Source of the DNA: Octopus vulgaris
Lineage: Eukaryota
Assembly (NCBI GenBank): GCA_951406725.2
Contig: OX597837.1
Coordinates: 41,044,001 to 41,108,000 of the forward strand
DNA length: 64,000 bases
Direction of reading: 5' to 3'
In this document: positions 58,812-64,000 of the stretch, piece by piece
Position numbering within the stretch: the stretch's first letter is position 1
Layout: each line of letters starts with the position of its first letter
Position numbers and translations under genes: made by a program
The notes under the pieces: model-generated
Told to the model about the DNA's origin: nothing
The model's input: only the letters and a program-made list of their open reading frames with translations
Databases searched by the model: none

Positions 58812-59273
58812 AAACACTCACGCTTATGAACATATAGCTATATGAGTGCATGTATGTATGTATGTATGTATGTATGTATGTATGTATGTGTGTGTGTATG
58901 TATGTATATATGTATATTATGTATGTATGGATGTATGTATATTTATATATATGTTTTGTGTGTGTGTGTGTGTGTGTTTGTGTATACGCTCACTCGCTCA
59001 CAAACAGGTGCGTTCGCACATAGACGTACTTAATTGAATTAAATGTACATACACACGCACTTTCACGCTCATGCGCACTCGACTACCCAAACACACACAA
59101 ACACACAAACACACAATAACACACACGTGCACACAGTTATATTATATATGTATATATTTATATAAAGAAACATATATATACATATATACCTGCTTATGTA
59201 TATATTCCATATATGTCTGTCCGATTGTGTGTGTGTGCGTGCATGTATATATGTTGACATAGGTGTATATGTA

Positions 59274-59304
<31 letters not shown>

Positions 59305-60254
59305 TGGTGTGTGTGTGTGTGTGTGTGTATTTATATATCTATATAAAAAAAGGAAAGAGAGAAAGAACGACAGACAGAAAAATATGAAAGGGAGATTAAA
59401 GGAAAAAACAAACCGTTTCGGCCACTGGCTAACTCTCTCTCTCTCCCTCTCTCTCACTCTATCTCTCTCTTTCTTTCTCTCTCTCTCACTATTTTCCACC
59501 CCCTCACTCTCCACGTCTTTCACTCTTCAACGCCCTCCCACCACCACCACCACCACCGTTTTTCTCCCCTCCCTCTAACCAACAATAACAACACCTTCCC
59601 ACTTCCTCCTTCCTCCAATCGCCACGCACCTTACACCTCGCTCGTTCGTCCCAACCTCCACCTCCACCTCCACCTCCTCCTCCTCCTTCCTCTCCTCCCT
59701 TCCTCTCCTCCCTTCCTCCCTCCCTCTTCTCCTACTCCTGCTGCTGTTCATTGCACGCTACTCCTCCCTCTTCCGCTCCTTCGTCTCTTGCTCTCCTTCT
59801 TTCCGCCTTCCTCTCCTTCTTTCCGCCTTCCTCTCCTTCTTTCCGCCTTTCTCTCTCTCTCTCTCTCTCTGTCCATCAAACTTCCTCACTCTCTTTATCA
59901 CTCTTATAATTCCTTCTCTCTCTCTCTCTCTCTCTCCTTTTCTCTCTCTCTCTCTTTCTCTCTATGCCTTTCTTCCTTATCCATTGCAGACCATCACCTT
60001 AGTCGCAAGTGCTCCGGGCTTGCCAGATCGTCAGTGAACACACGCTACTACCACCACAACCACAACCACTACTACTACAGGTACTACGACCACTATTGCT
60101 ACTATAACTACAACAACTACAACAAAAAACAATAACTACTACTACTACTACTACTACTATTACTACAACTGCTGTTGCTGCTGCTGCTGCTGCTGCTACT
60201 GCTACTAACTACTATAGTATCGCCGTCCAACTTATTTGCAGACCGAGCATTGCC

Positions 60255-60286
60255 ATGGTGGACAGGAGTTTACAAACTTGCTCAAG
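60255..60286 (+). CDS. Candidate first coding exon segment MVDRSLQTCS(R/S), gene unknown
   Basis: Strong Kozak context GCCATGG and donor AAG|gtatgg, preceded by about 800 nt of SINE-free, CT-rich, CpG-containing promoter or 5' UTR-like DNA. Confidence 0.38.
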
Positions 60287-60913
60287 GTATGGATCACTTT
60301 TAGACGTTCTCATTACCCCCGTATTCTTTCGCTTTACGTATCCCCGAAGCCACTCCGAAGGTTTTCGGCTACGGGCTGGTTCCGGTCTTCTTTTCAAGTG
60401 TTTTTTTTTTTTTGTCTTACGGCGGCCCCTGGTTCGCGTTTTTGGTTTTTGCTTTTGCTTTTTGTTTGTTTTTTGTTTTTTTTTAATTTTTATTTTTGGT
60501 AGTTTTTTTTTCTTTTCGATGATAGGTTATCGATCTATCGTTCTATCGATCTGGGTTCCATGTCCGCCATCCCGCCTTCCAACATACTTACATATACACA
60601 TACCAAAAAAAAAAACACACATATACACATACAAATACACATACATGTACACATACATTTATATATATACGCATGTATACATACTGCATATATATGTACA
60701 TGCATACCCATTTATGTACCCGCTCACAAACACACATATACATACATACATTATATATTATGCATACATACATACATGTGTGTATACATAAACATATATA
60801 TCCATATATATCTATATATCTATATATGTATGTATATGTATATGTATATATACATATACATAAACATTTATACATATATGTGTGCGTATCGATATGTACA
60901 AATTTATCTATAT

Positions 60914-61053
<140 letters not shown>

Positions 61054-61154
61054 TGTATGTATGTATGTGTGTATGTTTGCATGTATGTATAAAACACACA
61101 CTAAGTGCAGGACATCACCAACGAACGAAAAACACGTAAACACGTGAGAGACAA

Positions 61155-61215
<61 letters not shown>

Positions 61216-62039
61216 AAAATAAGCATGATGCATATATACATATATACACATATGCATATACATTTGTTTTCAGGTTGTTGTTGACTCTAGACATGCGTAT
61301 ATTCAAAAGTATATACATCGATTATATACACACGTGATAAACGTAATTTTCTAATATAGGGATCACGCATACATACTTACAATGTTACATATACATATAC
61401 ACCCATGTCAACATATATGCATTCGTATATACACAAATTCATGCGGATATATATCCATACATACATTCATACATTCACACATGCATTCAACGATACATAC
61501 ATATATATACATAAACATGTAAATATATGAATATATACGCATAGTCTACATCTTCATATATTTACCGTCATACATACTCACGAATATATATATAAACCGT
61601 GTATATATACACACGATTCAGTGATATCAATATTTTATATACACAGATTAAATGTGTGAGTGTGTATGTATGCATATATGTATGTATATGTGTGTATGTG
61701 CAATTCTATTACTTATTGTCATCCCCACACACACACAGACATGTATATATATACACACACACACATGAAACAATTCTTTAATTAAGCGTGTATATATTTA
61801 TATTTATGAATGTGAATATCATTGATAGTGACTTCGAAATATCGACCAGTTAAGTCATCGTTGGACTGTCTCATTAACGAGCGTGTGTGTGTATGTTTGT
61901 TTGTGCGAGTGTATGAGTGTATATGTATGCATATAGTCGCTTGTGTGTGTGTATATCTGAATATGGGTGTATATATGTTTTTTGCGTACGTGTATGTTTG
62001 TATATCTGCACACATATATTTATTTGCATGTGTGTATAT

Positions 62040-62052
62040 ATATATATATTTG

Positions 62053-62094
<42 letters not shown>

Positions 62095-62295
62095 TGTGTG
62101 TTTGTCTGTGTGTGTATATATTTGTTTCTGTGTGTGTGTCTGTGTGTGTGTGTGCGTGTGTGTTTGTGTGTGTATATATTTGTTTCTGTGTGTGTGTCTG
62201 TGTGTGTGTGTGCGTGTGTGTTTGTGTGTGTATATATTTGTTTTTGTGTGTGTGCGTGCGTGTTTGTGTGTGTATATATTTGTTTCTGTGTGTGT

Positions 62296-62335
<40 letters not shown>

Positions 62336-62408
62336 TTGTTTCTGTGTGTGTGTGTATATATTTGTTTCTGTGTGTGCGTGTGTGTTTGTCTCTGTGTGTA
62401 TATATTTG

Positions 62409-62420
<12 letters not shown>
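62040..62420. repeat. Microsatellite-derived minisatellite (TGTGTATATATTTGTTTCTG with (TG)n spacers)
   Basis: TATATTTGTTT.TGTG recurs about eight times. Confidence 0.85.
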
Positions 62421-62470
<50 letters not shown>

Positions 62471-62739
62471 TATACATTCGCAAGCGAAAGTCAACAGTCT
62501 GGAAATGAAAAAAAAAGATTAAAAATAAATAAGACAGATAAAGAAAAAAAATACCACCATAAAATTGTGGGCGTGTATTACTTTTGGCTCCACCCACTTT
62601 CACCGAGTTCTATTTCTGATTTGTTTATTTATGTATTCGTTCATCAAATTCTCTTTTCTGCTCTCTCTATCTTTTTTCATTCACACGATTTCATCTCCTC
62701 CCGTTTGGTGGTGTTTTACACACACACACACACAGTCCT

Positions 62740-63100
62740 TAGGCTGCGGCCATGCTGGGGCACCGCCACGAAGAAATTTTTAGGTGAATGACCCCCTATA
62801 CTAATGTTTATTCATTGCTCTTATACCTGGTAGTTATTCCCTCGGTCTCTCCGGCTGAACCGCTAGTTGGAAGACGTCAACAAACTAACACCGGTTGCCA
62901 AGCGGTGGCGGAGGACACAAACAAATACATACATAGACACACACACATTGTGCGTATATGTAAATATACAACGGGCTTCTTTCAGTTTCCGTCTACCAAA
63001 TACACTCACAAGGCTTTGGTCGGCCCGTGGTAATGGTACAAAAGACTTGTCTTGGGACAGAACCCGGAACCTTGTGGTTGGGAAACGAGCATCTTACCAC
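62740..63100 (-). mobile_element. SINE family B, diverged
   Basis: GCGGCCATGCTGGGGCACCGCC...CTTCTTTCAGTTTCCGTCTACCAAA...CTTACCAC. Confidence 0.85.
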
Positions 63101-63653
63101 ACACACACACACACACCTATGTCTTTTACACTCTCTTTTGTTCATTTGTTCTCTTTCATTTCTTTCATTTCCTTCAATATCGAAATGACCATCACTGTTG
63201 ACTCAGATTAAAATTTTATCTGTGTGTGTATATGAACGTGTGTATGTGTGCTTCTGTGTGTGTTTGTGTGTGTGTGTGGGTGTGTGTCTGTGTGTCTGTG
63301 TCTGTGTCCAGGTGCCTGCGTGTGTGAACGTGTGTGTGTTTGTGCGTGTGTGTGTCGGTACAAATATAAATACGAATATATATCGATATATTAATATATT
63401 TGTATGTGCTTGTCTGTATATGTGTATGACTGTGTGTGTGTGTATGTGTATATATGTGAATGTGTGTGTGTACGTATGTAAGCATAACCGGTGTCGTTTT
63501 TTTTACGTCCCCGTAACCTACCGACTAGATATTAGATGACGATATAATGAATACCAGGCTTAAAATATGAATACTGAAATCGATTTCTTCTAAACCCTTT
63601 ATGTGTGTGAGTGTGTGTACGTTGCTAGAAATTCTGTATATGTATACACACAC

Positions 63654-63776
<123 letters not shown>

Positions 63777-63833
63777 TAGATAGATAGATAGATAGATAGA
63801 TAGACGGACGGACGGACGGACGGACGGACGGAC

Positions 63834-63934
<101 letters not shown>

Positions 63935-64000
63935 TGATATGATATGATATAGAAGTGACGATCTCAGCTAAAATGCCGACAATTTAAAAATTACTCAACA

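Overview
AT-rich, microsatellite-saturated eukaryotic DNA. The repeat families (tRNA-derived SINEs of the OK/OR type, Dong/R4-, CR1- and RTE-like LINE fragments, mariner and hAT MITEs) point to an octopus or other coleoid cephalopod genome; this is inferred from family recognition, not from a search. There is no intact protein-coding gene, and almost all long ORFs in the track are translations of (TA)n, (TG)n, (TATG)n, (GATA)n or trinucleotide repeats. Real coding signal is limited to decayed retrotransposon fragments and two speculative 5' exons (7422-7787 and about 60255-60286). The main discovery is a set of nine type I hammerhead ribozyme motifs in four unrelated repeat contexts. (i) A degenerate tandem array of about 300-nt monomers carries one hammerhead per unit (about 35990-37140), the layout of a retrozyme or self-cleaving satellite. 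(ii) A dispersed element of about 200 nt has three copies, each with a minimal hammerhead whose stem III has no loop. (iii) A second family at 4761-4806 has the same GAAACGUU core. (iv) A long-stem-II hammerhead abuts a 33-bp palindrome at 42482-42630. Other notable structures are a chain of R4/Dong 3' ends inserted in (TAA)n tracts with a shared 3' UTR motif, a ~31-nt minisatellite that flips orientation around a hairpin, and a 150-nt satellite with A/B dimer structure.
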